A stretch of 64,000 nt of DNA from Syntrophomonadaceae bacterium (GTDB lineage: Bacteria; Bacillota; Dethiobacteria; DTU022; UBA8154). Positions 48,966 through 59,389 of this stretch are shown piece after piece. Where the stretch lies: positions 15,129-79,128 of the forward strand of contig PWTK01000105.1 of NCBI GenBank assembly GCA_003563895.1, given 5' to 3'. Both the position numbers and the translations under genes were made by a program. Numbering within the stretch: position 1 is the first letter of the stretch; each line of letters begins with the position of its first letter. The notes beneath the pieces are model-generated. The model made no database searches, was not told the origin of the DNA, and worked only from the letters and a program-made list of their open reading frames with translations.

Positions 48966-49985
48966 TTAAACGGTTTGCCAGTGCCCCTCTTTGATGGCTT
49001 TTCGTATTTCCTGGATGGTCTGCGCGTCAAATTGGGCCCCGGTTTGCCTGACGATCTGTGCGGCAATATATGAAGCGATCCGTCCGGCATCGGCGATGGA
49101 GTAGCCCTTTAACAGGGCATATAAAAAGCCAGCTGCGTAATTGTCTCCGGCTCCCGTGGTATCCACGGCATCGACGGGGTAAGCATTTACCGGATTGCAT
49201 CGGGTTTCTTTGTCTTCATTGAAAGCGATGCAGGAACCGTCGGCACAATTTTTTACCGCCGCAATTTCGCATTGTTTAACCAATTCCCTGGCAGCTTCTT
49301 CGGGGTCATCAATCCCCAACAGCAAACGCGCTTCCTCGGAATTGGCCAACACCACATCGACGCTTTTCCTGATGAGTTCGATGAAGTCCTTGTAATGCCT
49401 CTCTACTGCGAAGGGATCGGCCACATCGAATACGACTTTTGTCCCGTTTTTGCGTGCCGTTTCAATTGCATCCGTAAGCGCCTGCTTTTGGTTTTCGGTG
49501 TCCCACATGTATCCCGTAAAGTACAGGAAATCAGCTCCGGCGATTTTTTCGTGTTTTACATTCTCGGGGCTGAAATTCCGGCAAACCCCGAGTCTTGTGC
49601 ACATCGTCCGTTCGTGATCCGGGGTGACAAGGACAATGCAGCTGCCGGTATCTCCTCCATCGAAGACCAGATCGGATATCACTTTTTGGGCCTGCAGGCG
49701 TTGGCGGTATATATCGCCGAGCTCATCATTTCCGACTTTTCCCGCAAGGGCGGCACGGACACCCAGGGAGGCAAGCGTGATCATGGTATTTGGAGCGGAT
49801 CCGCCGCAAGAATATTTTTTTTCCCGATCTTTGATGCGCTCCAGGATGTAATTGCCGCGTTCGGTCTCGATGAGCTCCATGGTACCTTTTTTCAGCCCGA
49901 GCTCTTCTATTTCACTGTCGCTCACCTGTGTAAGCACATCGATCAAAGGATTTCCAATCCCGTATATATCTACTCTCTCGCTCAT
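48966..49985 (-). CDS. PfkB-family carbohydrate/nucleoside kinase, probably adenosine kinase
   Basis: Start trimmed to MSERVDIYGIGNPLIDVL, preceded by RBS GGGAGG. Carries the PfkB motifs GAGDNYAAGF. The adenosine-kinase call is from genomic context. Confidence 0.7.
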   Translation of the reverse strand: MSERVDIYGIGNPLIDVLTQVSDSEIEELGLKKGTMELIETERGNYILERIKDREKKYSCGGSAPNTMITLASLGVRAALAGKVGNDELGDIYRQRLQAQKVISDLVFDGGDTGSCIVLVTPDHERTMCTRLGVCRNFSPENVKHEKIAGADFLYFTGYMWDTENQKQALTDAIETARKNGTKVVFDVADPFAVERHYKDFIELIRKSVDVVLANSEEARLLLGIDDPEEAARELVKQCEIAAVKNCADGSCIAFNEDKETRCNPVNAYPVDAVDTTGAGDNYAAGFLYALLKGYSIADAGRIASYIAAQIVRQTGAQFDAQTIQEIRKAIKEGHWQTV

Positions 49986-50276
49986 ACTGCCTCCCATAAA
50001 AAAATCTCCTTCGGAAACATATTTGGTCCCTTGTTCGGGCAGCCCCGCCGGCACCCCGAAAAGGGACCCGGTCGGGTTCGGCATCCATTTGCAGCCGGTT
50101 CCTGTTTTCCAGGGAAAAGCGGCTGCAGCGCCCTGCCGCTTCCGACAGCTATATATTATATCACCTGCAGCATGCCGAGTCAAGTTTTACGAACAAAAGT
50201 TCTGTATTATTATTGGGGAAAACAACAGTACGCTTTAATGAACCTTGCGTGCTAATCCTGCGAGGTATTGACAGGG

Positions 50277-51068
50277 CTAGATCCCCCAATCGATTTTTTG
50301 CAATTCTTCCAGCAGTTGGTAATTGGTCAGATCAAACTGGATGGGGGTAACGGAAATGTAGGATTTTTTGACCGCCGCCACATCGGTATCCTCGCCGTCT
50401 TCTTCCCTGGACGAGTCGACCAGTTCTCCGGCCAGCCAGTAATAGTTTTTCCCGCGGGGATCGATTCTCTTTTGGAACGTGTTGCGATAGTGGCGGAGGC
50501 CGAGGCGAGTGACGGCCACCCCCCCTATCTCGCGGCGCGATTTGTCAGGGACATTGATGTTCAGCAGCGTATCGGGGGGGAGCCCGTGTTCGCAGATGCA
50601 GCGCAGCGTCCTCAACATAAAGTTGGCGGCAAAGCGGAAATCGGGGTGCTTGCTCTCATCAAAGGGCAGCACAAGAGAAACAGCCATGGCCGGTATGCCG
50701 AGGATAATTGCTTCGATGGCGGCCGAAACGGTGCCCGAGTAAAGCACATCGGTGCCAATGTTGGCCCCCCGGTTAATTCCCGAAATTACCAGGTCCGGTT
50801 TTTGGGGCAGCAGGTATTCTATTGCCAGTTTAACACAATCTGAAGGGGTTCCATTGACGGCCCACCCCTTCAGTTCCGTATTATGGAAAAAACGGGCCTC
50901 CTCGGCACGCAGGGGCCTGTGCATGGTGATGGCGTGTCCCGTAGCGCTGCGCTCGTGGTCGGGAGCAACAATGTAGAGTTCCACCTCTTCGTCCTGCAGC
51001 AGTGCCTCACCGAGCATTTGGATCCCCTCGGCATAAATGCCGTCATCGTTGGTCAGTAATACAATCAA
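50277..51068 (-). CDS. surE: 5'/3'-nucleotidase SurE
   Basis: 263 aa; N-terminal MIVLLTNDDGIYAEGI. Confidence 0.9.
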   Translation of the reverse strand: MIVLLTNDDGIYAEGIQMLGEALLQDEEVELYIVAPDHERSATGHAITMHRPLRAEEARFFHNTELKGWAVNGTPSDCVKLAIEYLLPQKPDLVISGINRGANIGTDVLYSGTVSAAIEAIILGIPAMAVSLVLPFDESKHPDFRFAANFMLRTLRCICEHGLPPDTLLNINVPDKSRREIGGVAVTRLGLRHYRNTFQKRIDPRGKNYYWLAGELVDSSREEDGEDTDVAAVKKSYISVTPIQFDLTNYQLLEELQKIDWGI

Positions 51069-51372
51069 TCATATCCCTCCACATAGATTCGAAATAGTCC
51101 GGCCCCCTCTCTTTCGCTGCCGTATTCCGGAAGAGGGCTCCTGATAAGCCGGGAGGCAAAAGCCGGGCACACTTGGCCCGCCGGGAGCCCTTTCAGGGAC
51201 TCGAAAGAAAGGTCTGAAGCGGTTGAGCCAATATTTTCCCGCAGCTCAGAAACAACAGGGTGCCGGCTTCTCCGGGCTGAGAAGTTTCGGGGGCCTCCCT
51301 TCGCTTAAAACCCTGAAATCCATCGCGGCGTTCGCCCCTGCACAAGCCGGGGTCCCCCGGGAAATGCGGCGC

Positions 51373-52026
51373 TCATTCCTCCTGGCCGTAATGCTTGAGG
51401 AAAAGATCGCGCAATTTGCTTGTTTCCCCGTTTGAGAGAAGAAAAGGATCGCCAAGCAGTGTCGACCAGAGCAATATTTCGGCGCTTCGCTCAATAACCC
51501 GGGCCCTCAGCAGGGCCTCAGCAAGGGAAGCACCAACACAGACCGTCCCGTGGTTGGCCAGCAAAACGGCGAAACCGCTCTTTCCCAATGCCCTGGAGGC
51601 ATGTACAGCGAGCTCTTGACTGCCGGGGAAGGCGTACTCGGCTGCCGGCACACTGCCTCCAAACAGCTGGGCCATCTCTTCCGTAGCCGGTGCAATCTCC
51701 CTCCTTGCCACGGCAAATGCGGTGGCATACTTGCTGTGGGTATGAATAATGGCCTTTACGTCTTCACGGGCTTTATAGATCTCCAGGTGCAGGGGAAGCT
51801 CCGTGGAGGGCTTCCAGCGGCCCTCCTCTACTACACCGTCCAGGTTTAGCACGATCATGTCAGCGGGCTGCAAATCTTCATAAGGGATGCCGCTGGGTGT
51901 AATCACCGTCCTGTCCTTTTCCGGTCGGCAGCTGAGGTTCCCCCAGGTACTGAAGCACAACCCTTCTCTGCTTACAATATGCGCAAAGTTCACCACTTCC
52001 TCCCTGGCCTTTTCAACTCCCTTCAC
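51373..52026 (-). CDS. class II aldolase/adducin-family protein (MtnB-like / DHAP-shunt 5-deoxyribulose-1-P aldolase candidate)
   Basis: 217 aa with metal-binding His residues (HTHS...H). Its stop overlaps the mtnA start. Confidence 0.75.
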   Translation of the reverse strand: MKGVEKAREEVVNFAHIVSREGLCFSTWGNLSCRPEKDRTVITPSGIPYEDLQPADMIVLNLDGVVEEGRWKPSTELPLHLEIYKAREDVKAIIHTHSKYATAFAVARREIAPATEEMAQLFGGSVPAAEYAFPGSQELAVHASRALGKSGFAVLLANHGTVCVGASLAEALLRARVIERSAEILLWSTLLGDPFLLSNGETSKLRDLFLKHYGQEE

Positions 52027-53111
52027 CCTCGCTGCACCCCGCCTTCAAACATCCGGATGAGCTTCTTTTCATTCGGCGAAAAGATGACCCCTTTTTCGGT
52101 GATGACGGCCGTGATCAACCCGGCGGGGGTTACATCAAAAGCCGGGTTCCGGGCGGAAGCGCCTTCCGGCGCCAGCCTGCGCCCCCCCAGGGAAAGCACC
52201 TCTTTTCCATCGCGCTCTTCTATCTCAATGTCCCATCCCGTCCCGGCGGAAAGATCCACGGTGGACAGCGGGGCTGCTACATAAAAGGGGATATTGTGTT
52301 CCCCGGCCAGCAGGGCCAGCGGGTAGGTGCCGATTTTGTTGGCCGCGTCCCCGTTGGCTGCGACGCGGTCGGCGCCGGTAATGATCCCGTCTACCTCACC
52401 CCGGCTGATAAAAAAGCCGGCCGCCCCGTCTGCAATAAGCTGCACCGGGATCCCTTCTTTTTGCAGTTCCCAGCAGGTGAGGCGGGAACCCTGGAGCAGC
52501 GGTCGGGTTTCACCGGCCAGGACGTTTTTAACCCTCCCCTGCTGAAAGGCGCTGCGGATCACGCCCAGGGCAGTGCCGTAACCGGCAGTTGCCAGGGCGC
52601 CGGCATTGCAGTGGGTTAGCAGGGTGCTCCCTTCTGCGATAAGCGCCGCACCGTTGGCGCCGATTTGTTTGTTGGTCTCGATGTCTTCCTCATAGATCCC
52701 CAGCGCCTCGGCTTCCAGGAGCTGCAGCACCGTCCCGGTTGGCGCTCTTTTGGCTTCCGAGAGTTTCCGCAGCATCCGATCCACACCCCAGGACAGATTT
52801 ACCGCAGTGGGGCGGGAAGCCTTCAATTTAGTGCCGGCCTCCTCCATGGCCTGCCAGAACCCTTCCTGCGGGGCATTATCTTCCTCCAGGTTAACGGGAA
52901 GTCGATCAAGGTAGTTCCGGGCCGCCAGCACCATGCCAAAGGCGGCAGACACGCCGATAGCCGGAGCACCCCTGACAACCATGTCCTTGATACAGTCACG
53001 CAGCTCGTCCGGGGTGCTGCAGGCCAGGTATCGCTCTTCTTCAGGCAAAAGCCGCTGATCGAGAAGTTTCAGCACACCGTCCTCCCAGATGATGGGACGG
53101 ATTTCTTCCAT
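52023..53111 (-). CDS. mtnA: S-methyl-5-thioribose-1-phosphate isomerase
   Basis: 362 aa, eIF2B-like fold (MtnA). Confidence 0.9.
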   Translation of the reverse strand: MEEIRPIIWEDGVLKLLDQRLLPEEERYLACSTPDELRDCIKDMVVRGAPAIGVSAAFGMVLAARNYLDRLPVNLEEDNAPQEGFWQAMEEAGTKLKASRPTAVNLSWGVDRMLRKLSEAKRAPTGTVLQLLEAEALGIYEEDIETNKQIGANGAALIAEGSTLLTHCNAGALATAGYGTALGVIRSAFQQGRVKNVLAGETRPLLQGSRLTCWELQKEGIPVQLIADGAAGFFISRGEVDGIITGADRVAANGDAANKIGTYPLALLAGEHNIPFYVAAPLSTVDLSAGTGWDIEIEERDGKEVLSLGGRRLAPEGASARNPAFDVTPAGLITAVITEKGVIFSPNEKKLIRMFEGGVQRG

Positions 53112-53142
53112 CTCTCATGCCTCCCACCGGGAATGTTTCGGG

Positions 53143-53934
53143 CTATTCCTCCAGGGTAATATCTTCCTTTTCCCAGCAACTGCAGCTTCGTGTCTGCGGA
53201 AGAACTGCCAGCACTTCCAGGAACAATTCCCTGATCAGGTTGATTTTTTCCTTGACCACGTCGATCACTTCTCTATGGGTTAACGGGTGCGGGGAGATTC
53301 CGGCGGCCAGGTTGGTCACCATCGAGAGGGTGGCGTAGCAGAGGCCCGCTTCCCGGGCCAGGGTGACTTCCGGCACACTGGTCATTCCCACCACGTCCGC
53401 CCCCCAGCTGCTGAAGGCCTGTATTTCAGCAGGCGTTTCGTAACGCGGGCCTTCCGTGCAGATATACGTGCCCCCGTTTACGAAGGGAATTCCTTTCCCG
53501 CCCAGGACGTTGCTGAGATGATTCCTCAACTGAGGACAGTAGGGCTCAGTGAAATCCGTGTGATATACCGGGCCGTCATCCCCGTCGTAAAAGGTGTGTT
53601 GGCGATTCCTGGTCAGATCAATGAACTGGTCGACAATGACCAGGGTTCCCTGGGTAATGCTTTCCTTTATTGAGCCCACGGCCGTGGTGGAAAGGATCCG
53701 CTGGATGCCCAGTTCCTTCAAAGCAGCGATGTTTGCCCGGTAGTTCACCCTGTGGGGAGGCAGCTGATGGCGGTCGCCGTGACGCGGCATAAAGGCCACG
53801 GTTTTATCTCCATATGTGCCGATGATCATTTTTGCCCTGCCGTATTTTGTGTCCAGGGTCATTTCACGGGAATCTTCCAGCAGCCGGGGGTGGTAATACC
53901 CTGTTCCCCCTATAATTGCCAGGTTAACGTCCAT
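53143..53934 (-). CDS. mtnP: S-methyl-5'-thioadenosine phosphorylase
   Basis: PNP/MTAP family. Start trimmed to MDVNLAIIGGTGYY. Confidence 0.85.
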   Translation of the reverse strand: MDVNLAIIGGTGYYHPRLLEDSREMTLDTKYGRAKMIIGTYGDKTVAFMPRHGDRHQLPPHRVNYRANIAALKELGIQRILSTTAVGSIKESITQGTLVIVDQFIDLTRNRQHTFYDGDDGPVYHTDFTEPYCPQLRNHLSNVLGGKGIPFVNGGTYICTEGPRYETPAEIQAFSSWGADVVGMTSVPEVTLAREAGLCYATLSMVTNLAAGISPHPLTHREVIDVVKEKINLIRELFLEVLAVLPQTRSCSCWEKEDITLEE

Positions 53935-53993
53935 GTTTCCAAAATCCTTCGATTTGTTGAGCAGGGGTCCCCCTCCTTTCTCCTCTGAATTGG

Positions 53994-55241
53994 TCAGTCT
54001 ATCTCCCAACTATCCAGGTACGCCTTCTGCTCGTCGGTGAGGCGGTCAATTTCAATATTCATCGCTTTCAGCTTCAGCTTGGCCACCTCGCTGTCCAGGT
54101 CCTGGGGGACAGGCAGGACCCTGTTGGCCAGTTCTCCCCTGTTGTCCAGCAGATATTTCAAAGCCAGGACCTGGAGCGCAAAGGACATGTCCATGATCTC
54201 TGCAGGGTGCCCATCAGCAGCGGCCAGGTTCACCAGCCGGCCTTCACCCAGCAGGTAAAGGCGGCGGCCGTCGGGAAGCGCATATGCGTCTACGTCTTTT
54301 CTGACACGCCTGTAACCGCCGCTCAGGGCGACCAGGGCTTCTTTGTCGATTTCCACATCAAAGTGCCCCGCGTTGGAAAGCACGGCCTGGTCTTTCATTG
54401 CTTCAAAATGCTCCCTGGTGAGAACTTTGCTGCACCCCGTGACGGTTACGAAAAAATCGCCTGCTGATGCGGCCTTTTGGAGCGGCATTACCTCGAAACC
54501 GTCCATGTGTGCTTCCAGGGACTTGATCGGGTCAACTTCACATACGATCACCCTTGCTCCCAACCCCCTCGCCCTCATGGCCACCCCTTTGCCGCACCAG
54601 CCGTAGCCGATAACGACCACATCTTTTCCCGCCACAATGAGGTTGGTGGCTCGCATAATTCCATCCCAGGTAGACTGCCCTGTTCCGTAGCGATTATCAA
54701 AAAGGTGCTTGCATAGGGCATCGTTCACCGCCATCACGGGAAAGCCCAGCACCCCTTCTTTCTCCATGGCCCGCAGCCGTATCAGGCCGGTGGTCGTCTC
54801 CTCTGAACCCCCGATTATGCGGGGCAGCTGCTCCCGGTATTTTGTGTGTATGAAAGAAACCAGATCTCCGCCGTCATCGATGAGAAGCTCCGGGGAAAAA
54901 TTGGCAGCCTTCTCCAGGTGCTCCCGGTATTCCTCCCTGGTTGCATTGTACCAGGCGTGCACCTCCAGGCCCTCTTCGACCAGGGCGGAAGCAACGTCAT
55001 CCTGCGTTGAAAGAGGATTGCTTCCCGTAACGACCACCCCGGCACCGGCTTCTTTTAACACCCGGCACATGTAGGCCGTTTTTGCTTCCAGGTGAAGGCA
55101 AACGGCAATACGTAAACCCCGAAAGGGCGTGCTCTTTCGAAATGACTCTTCCAAACCCTTTAACACCGGCATGTGTTCACGGACCCAATCCATTTTTTCC
55201 TTTCCCTGCGGCGCCAGGCTTCTTTCTCTAATAGAACTCAA
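53994..55241 (-). CDS. second adenosylhomocysteinase paralog, short archaeal type (S-inosyl-homocysteine hydrolase candidate)
   Basis: 415 aa, SAHH fold without the bacterial insertion. It is encoded next to mtnP and near the mtaD-like deaminase. Confidence 0.8.
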   Translation of the reverse strand: MSSIRERSLAPQGKEKMDWVREHMPVLKGLEESFRKSTPFRGLRIAVCLHLEAKTAYMCRVLKEAGAGVVVTGSNPLSTQDDVASALVEEGLEVHAWYNATREEYREHLEKAANFSPELLIDDGGDLVSFIHTKYREQLPRIIGGSEETTTGLIRLRAMEKEGVLGFPVMAVNDALCKHLFDNRYGTGQSTWDGIMRATNLIVAGKDVVVIGYGWCGKGVAMRARGLGARVIVCEVDPIKSLEAHMDGFEVMPLQKAASAGDFFVTVTGCSKVLTREHFEAMKDQAVLSNAGHFDVEIDKEALVALSGGYRRVRKDVDAYALPDGRRLYLLGEGRLVNLAAADGHPAEIMDMSFALQVLALKYLLDNRGELANRVLPVPQDLDSEVAKLKLKAMNIEIDRLTDEQKAYLDSWEID

Positions 55242-55640
55242 AGCAAGCCTCTCCTTCAGACTCTTGCGGAGCCTCGTGGATCTGATTTAACGCTTGATTT
55301 ATCAAGATTAATAATACTTCGAGAAAGCCCCGGAAAACTCCTGCCAACCTTATTCTCAAGCCATACAAAAAGGCCCCCAAAGGGGGCAAAAGGCCGATTT
55401 TTTCGGAAACAGCTGAGTGACTAAAAACCGTACCACAGCCGGATCCTTAAAGAATTCCGGGGCTGTGAAAAAGTTATATCGTTTTTGCTCAAAGACTTTG
55501 CAACTGAGGGTCCAGCTCTTTTTCAGTCAGCATCTCGCTGAAAACGTCTGCACCGATATTTCAACAGGATCGGCTGCGGGGCCGGTTAAACCTGCACGGC
55601 TCTTCTGGGTCTCCCGCTGCAGCTGTCTTCAGCGTTTCGC

Positions 55641-56237
55641 TTATTTTTTTGCTTCGTCGAGGCGGGCGTTTACATCCTCCCAGTTGACCAGGTTCCACCA
55701 GGCCTCGATAAAGGCGGCCTTCTTGTTTTGATACTGCAGGTAATAGGCATGCTCCCAGAGATCGAGGACCAACAGGGGAATTGCCCCCCACTGGGTCAGG
55801 TTCTGATGCTTTTCCGACGTGAGGATTTCCAGCTTGTCAAACTGGGGGTTCCAGCAGAGCAGGGTCCAACCCGAGCCTTCCACGGCCGCCGCGGCGGCGG
55901 TAAACTGCTCTTTAAAGGCGGGAAAGCCCCTGAAATCGGCTTTGATCTGTTGGGCAACGGCTCCTTCTGCCGGTCCCCCGCCTTCAGGCTTCATATTGGT
56001 CCAGAAGATGCTGTGCAGGATGTGCCCGGAGCCGTGAAAGGCGAGCTCTCTTTCCCAGTGCTTGACCAGGGAGAAGTCATTGTTTTCCCGAGCCTCAACC
56101 AATTTGGCTTCGGCCTTGTTCAAACCGTCAACGTAGGCCTTATGGTGCGCGTCGTGATGCAGGCGGAGGGTCCGTTCCTCGTAATAGGGTTCCAGGGCAT
56201 CATACGCATAGGGCAGATCAGGAAGCTCATGTTTCAT
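55641..56237 (-). CDS. sodA: Fe/Mn superoxide dismutase
   Basis: 198 aa; DLWEHAYY signature. Confidence 0.95.
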   Translation of the reverse strand: MKHELPDLPYAYDALEPYYEERTLRLHHDAHHKAYVDGLNKAEAKLVEARENNDFSLVKHWERELAFHGSGHILHSIFWTNMKPEGGGPAEGAVAQQIKADFRGFPAFKEQFTAAAAAVEGSGWTLLCWNPQFDKLEILTSEKHQNLTQWGAIPLLVLDLWEHAYYLQYQNKKAAFIEAWWNLVNWEDVNARLDEAKK

Positions 56238-56540
56238 TTGCGATCAACCTCCCAGAGATAGGATAATACCATTATAGCATACCTCGTGCCTGCCTGAAAC
56301 ATCTATCGGCAGCCCCTGGCGCGCAGGCGCTCACAGCAGCAGTCGCGACAAGGCGCCGCAGCAGTACACAATAATTATGCGCACCCGGACGGCAGGGAAA
56401 ACCGGCACACAGTTTAAATCTGCCAAGCGGTTGATGGGCAGCAGAAAACAGGAAGAGCAGAACACACCAGCGATACACATGGCGAAAAAAAGGGTTTATG
56501 CAGTCTCCTTTGGGAGCAAGCCATAAACCCTTCCATTCCG

Positions 56541-56655
56541 CTAAGTGCTCTAAAACTTAATTACCGTGAGGTATTCTTTTACACGTAAAGTCATACCCTT
56601 TACCCTGAAACTCATTGCTGCAAACAGGTCACATTCGGAACTCTATTTCTGCCGG
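56541..56655. repeat. conserved ~110-bp intergenic element, copy 2
   Basis: See copy 1 at 47281-47392. It lies between the stop of the LysM gene and the sodA promoter. Confidence 0.5.
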
Positions 56656-56719
56656 AGAGCACCAAGGCAGAGGAAAAAGAAGCAAATTGGCACGGGCCGC
56701 AGCACACCGGCCTGCCGGT

Positions 56720-57610
56720 TTACAACCCGGCGGCTCTTCTGACTGCAGCCTGGTGAGTTGGGCTGATGCTGTTGTTGTTATGGGTCCTGCTGTTTTTAAA
56801 ATGGATACAAATGTGACCGGGAAAATTATTGTTGTGGATGAACTGGCCGCCGTGTGGCATGCCGTTCATGGAAGCAGCGATATGCCTCCCCCCAACGCTG
56901 ACAATGATGGCCCTGGGGGTCCAGCTCCACGATCCGCCGTAAACTCTCTTCATGGTGGCGGTATCCGCTGCTGTTAGGGGTTCAGTATCAGCATGATTGG
57001 TCCCACCCCTGCGCTTAACCTTAAAGCTCAGACCGGTGGATACGTCTGTAACGGTGGCGATGGTACCTCTGGTATAAATATTTCTCGCCTGGGCCCAATC
57101 CAAATATTCGCCACGGTTAACGGTCTTCTGGCGGGAGGTGAGCTGCCCGTCACTCTGACCTGCCTCAGTTTGGGAGCCGGCGGAACCAGGGATGGTCAAA
57201 ACCTGGCCCGGATGGATGAGGCTCGAGGTGAGGTTGTTGGCAGACATGAGGTCACTAACGGTTATGCTGTTGTTATGGGCGATTCCCCAAAGAGAGTCCC
57301 CGCGCCGAACTTCATATGTAGCGGTTGTTTCTTCCGGGTTTGCCTCGCTTTGAGAACTTTCTTCCGGATTTGCCTCAGTTTGGGAGCCGGCGGAACCGGG
57401 GATGGTCAAAACCTGGCCCGGACGGATGAGGCTCGAGGTGAGGTTGTTGGCAGACATGAGGTCACTAACGGTTATGCTGTTGTTATGGGCGATTCGCCAA
57501 AGAGAGTCCCCCCTCCGAACTTCATATGTACTGGCTGCGGCTGTCGCTGATAGAGCGAACAAAACAAAAATTATGGCAACCACCAGAGAGACCATCAATT
57601 TTTTAGACAT
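56720..57610 (-). CDS. secreted protein with two LysM domains and a C-terminal putative cell-wall-hydrolase domain
   Basis: Signal-like N-terminus, then two near-identical LysM repeats (YEVRRGDSLW...GQVLTIPGS). The repeats form a ~190-bp tandem duplication at the DNA level. Confidence 0.7.
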   Translation of the reverse strand: MSKKLMVSLVVAIIFVLFALSATAAASTYEVRRGDSLWRIAHNNSITVSDLMSANNLTSSLIRPGQVLTIPGSAGSQTEANPEESSQSEANPEETTATYEVRRGDSLWGIAHNNSITVSDLMSANNLTSSLIHPGQVLTIPGSAGSQTEAGQSDGQLTSRQKTVNRGEYLDWAQARNIYTRGTIATVTDVSTGLSFKVKRRGGTNHADTEPLTAADTATMKRVYGGSWSWTPRAIIVSVGGRHIAASMNGMPHGGQFIHNNNFPGHICIHFKNSRTHNNNSISPTHQAAVRRAAGL

Positions 57611-57818
57611 GAACCAATCGCCCCTTTCTCAGTTTGCTGGTACGCAGTTTGGATTCATTAACAAAGTATTAAAATATTCATTTAATATATATACTACATA
57701 AAAAGCCCTTCCCCTTTTTTTCTGTTAATTTTTTTTAAGAATTTTATATATTTTTAATCACTGCGTAATTATTTTCCAAAAACAAACCAAAGCTTTTCCC
57801 TAGCTTTTCCCTGACAAG

Positions 57819-57848
57819 CAAAAAACCGGCATCTCCACTGGATGCCGG
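57819..57848 (-). terminator. Rho-independent terminator (second, distal) of the tRNA operon
   Basis: Minus-strand sense CCGGCATC-cagtgga-GATGCCGG followed by TTTTTTG. Confidence 0.6.
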
Positions 57849-57903
57849 TGCTTTCTGGGTGCGGGAGAAGGACTTGAGCCTCCGCACCCTATACGCGCAC
57901 AGG

Positions 57904-57936
57904 ATAAAAAAATGAAGGGCTTGTATAAGCCCCTTC
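57904..57936 (-). terminator. Rho-independent terminator (first) of the tRNA operon
   Basis: Minus-strand sense GAAGGGGCTTATACAAGCCCTTC followed by ATTTTTTTAT. Confidence 0.65.
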
Positions 57937-57964
57937 CGGGAGCCACAAGCCCTTATTTTATGCT

Positions 57965-58049
57965 GGTGCGAGAGAAGGGATTTGAACCCCCACGGGCTAC
58001 TGCCCACTAGGTCCTGAACCTAGCGCGTCTGCCTTTCCGCCACTCTCGC
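57965..58049 (-). tRNA. tRNA-Leu (CAG)
   Basis: Minus-strand sense GCGAGAGTGGCGGAAAGGC...CTAGGTTCAGGACCTAG...long variable arm...CTCTCGCACCA. Anticodon loop TTCAGGA. Confidence 0.85.
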
Positions 58050-58052
58050 ACG

Positions 58053-58128
58053 TGGTGAGCCATCCAGGACTCGAACCTGGGACACCCGGATTAAAAGTCC
58101 GGTGCTCTTCCAACTGAGCTAATGGCCC
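58053..58128 (-). tRNA. tRNA-Lys (TTT)
   Basis: Minus-strand sense GGGCCATTAGCTCAGTTGGAAGAGCACCGGACTTTTAATCCGG...GGATGGCTCACCA. Confidence 0.9.
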
Positions 58129-58172
58129 GTCTATTGAGGCAAGGGGTGAAGCCCCTTCCCTGGACATGGTTG

Positions 58173-58260
58173 TGGTGGAGAGGACTGGATTTGAACCAGT
58201 GAAGGCGCACGCCAGCAGATTTACAGTCTGCCCCCTTTGGCCAAACTTGGGTACCTCTCC
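58173..58260 (-). tRNA. tRNA-Tyr (GTA)
   Basis: Minus-strand sense GGAGAGGTACCCAAGTTTGGCCAAAGGGGGCAGACTGTAAATCTGC...long variable arm...CTCTCCACCA. Confidence 0.85.
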
Positions 58261-58348
58261 ACGATTTTTTGTGCAATTTCAAAACTGACGGTCAGGAAGA
58301 CATCTCACATCTACCGCGCTGTCTTTCCCCCCCGTCAGCGCAACATAT

Positions 58349-58377
58349 AGTATAACCTATTTTCACTTTGTCGTCAA
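58349..58377 (-). promoter_or_regulatory. sigma-70-type promoter of the tRNA-Tyr-Lys-Leu operon
   Basis: Minus-strand sense TTGACG, a 17-nt spacer, then TATACT. It lies about 80 nt upstream of tRNA-Tyr. Confidence 0.6.
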
Positions 58378-58405
58378 CACCCGCCAACTTAAAATTTTCG
58401 CCCTC

Positions 58406-59389
58406 TCAGCCGGCCTGCCGACTGTGATCTTCTCCTTGGCCGAGGGGGATTTTCAGCCTTACGCTGGTCCCTTTTCCGGGCCCTGTGTGAATGAACAGAT
58501 CACCGCCAACCAAAGCCGCTCTCTCTTTCATGCCGAAAATGCCCAGGCTCTCCCGTTTGCCCATCTCTTCAATGAGCGAAAAACCTTTGCCGTCATCTTC
58601 CACTACGGCTTCCAGGTAATCGTTGTTGCAGCGGAGCCATACTTTAAAATTTCCGGCCCCGGAATGACGTATGGCGTTGGTGAGAGCTTCCTGTACAACG
58701 CGATATACGGCAGTCTCGACAACCGGATTATGCCTGATTTTCTTGCATTCTTCCAGGTCAAACTCGATATCAACACCGAGGTGGCTGGAAAGCTCACTGA
58801 CATAGCGCTTTATGGCCGCATCCAATCCAAATTCATCGAGAGCGCTCGGGCGCAGCTCGAAAGAAATGCGCTGTATTTCTTCCAGGGTCCTTTGGATAGT
58901 ATCCCTCAAAGCCCCGCTCATCTCTTTTACCTGGTCGAGATCGTCGGATTGCTGAATCAACTTTAAGCCCAGCATCAGGCTGGTCAGCGATTGGCTGGTT
59001 TCATCGTGAAGCTCCCTGGCAATTCGCTTTCTTTCATCTTCCTGGCTGGTAATCACTTTTTCCAGCAAGTGAGATCGCATTTTTTCTTTTTCTCGCAGTT
59101 CCTGCCGCAGCTCCCGGTTTTGCTGCCGGCTTTCCCGAAATCTCTTTATGATGTGGTAGTTCCCCAAAAGCACCAGGCCGATACAAAAGGCGGCAATAAA
59201 CAGAATGACCACTGTGATTTCGCTGCCAATCCCCGCCAGGGGCCCTTCAGGGGTGCTTATAGAGGCGTAAGCGGCGGTCAGGACGAGAATAAGCGCTGCG
59301 CATAATAATCCAAAAAAAAGCGTTTGGTAGGTTGCGGGTTTCTTCTCCACCAGTGCATCCCCCCTCGACCGGAAAGAAAATGCCTTCAT
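58406..59389 (-). CDS. sensor histidine kinase, NarL/DegS-type
   Basis: 327 aa. Two transmembrane segments, an H-box (IARELHDETSQSL) and a HATPase_c domain. Confidence 0.9.
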   Translation of the reverse strand: MKAFSFRSRGDALVEKKPATYQTLFFGLLCAALILVLTAAYASISTPEGPLAGIGSEITVVILFIAAFCIGLVLLGNYHIIKRFRESRQQNRELRQELREKEKMRSHLLEKVITSQEDERKRIARELHDETSQSLTSLMLGLKLIQQSDDLDQVKEMSGALRDTIQRTLEEIQRISFELRPSALDEFGLDAAIKRYVSELSSHLGVDIEFDLEECKKIRHNPVVETAVYRVVQEALTNAIRHSGAGNFKVWLRCNNDYLEAVVEDDGKGFSLIEEMGKRESLGIFGMKERAALVGGDLFIHTGPGKGTSVRLKIPLGQGEDHSRQAG

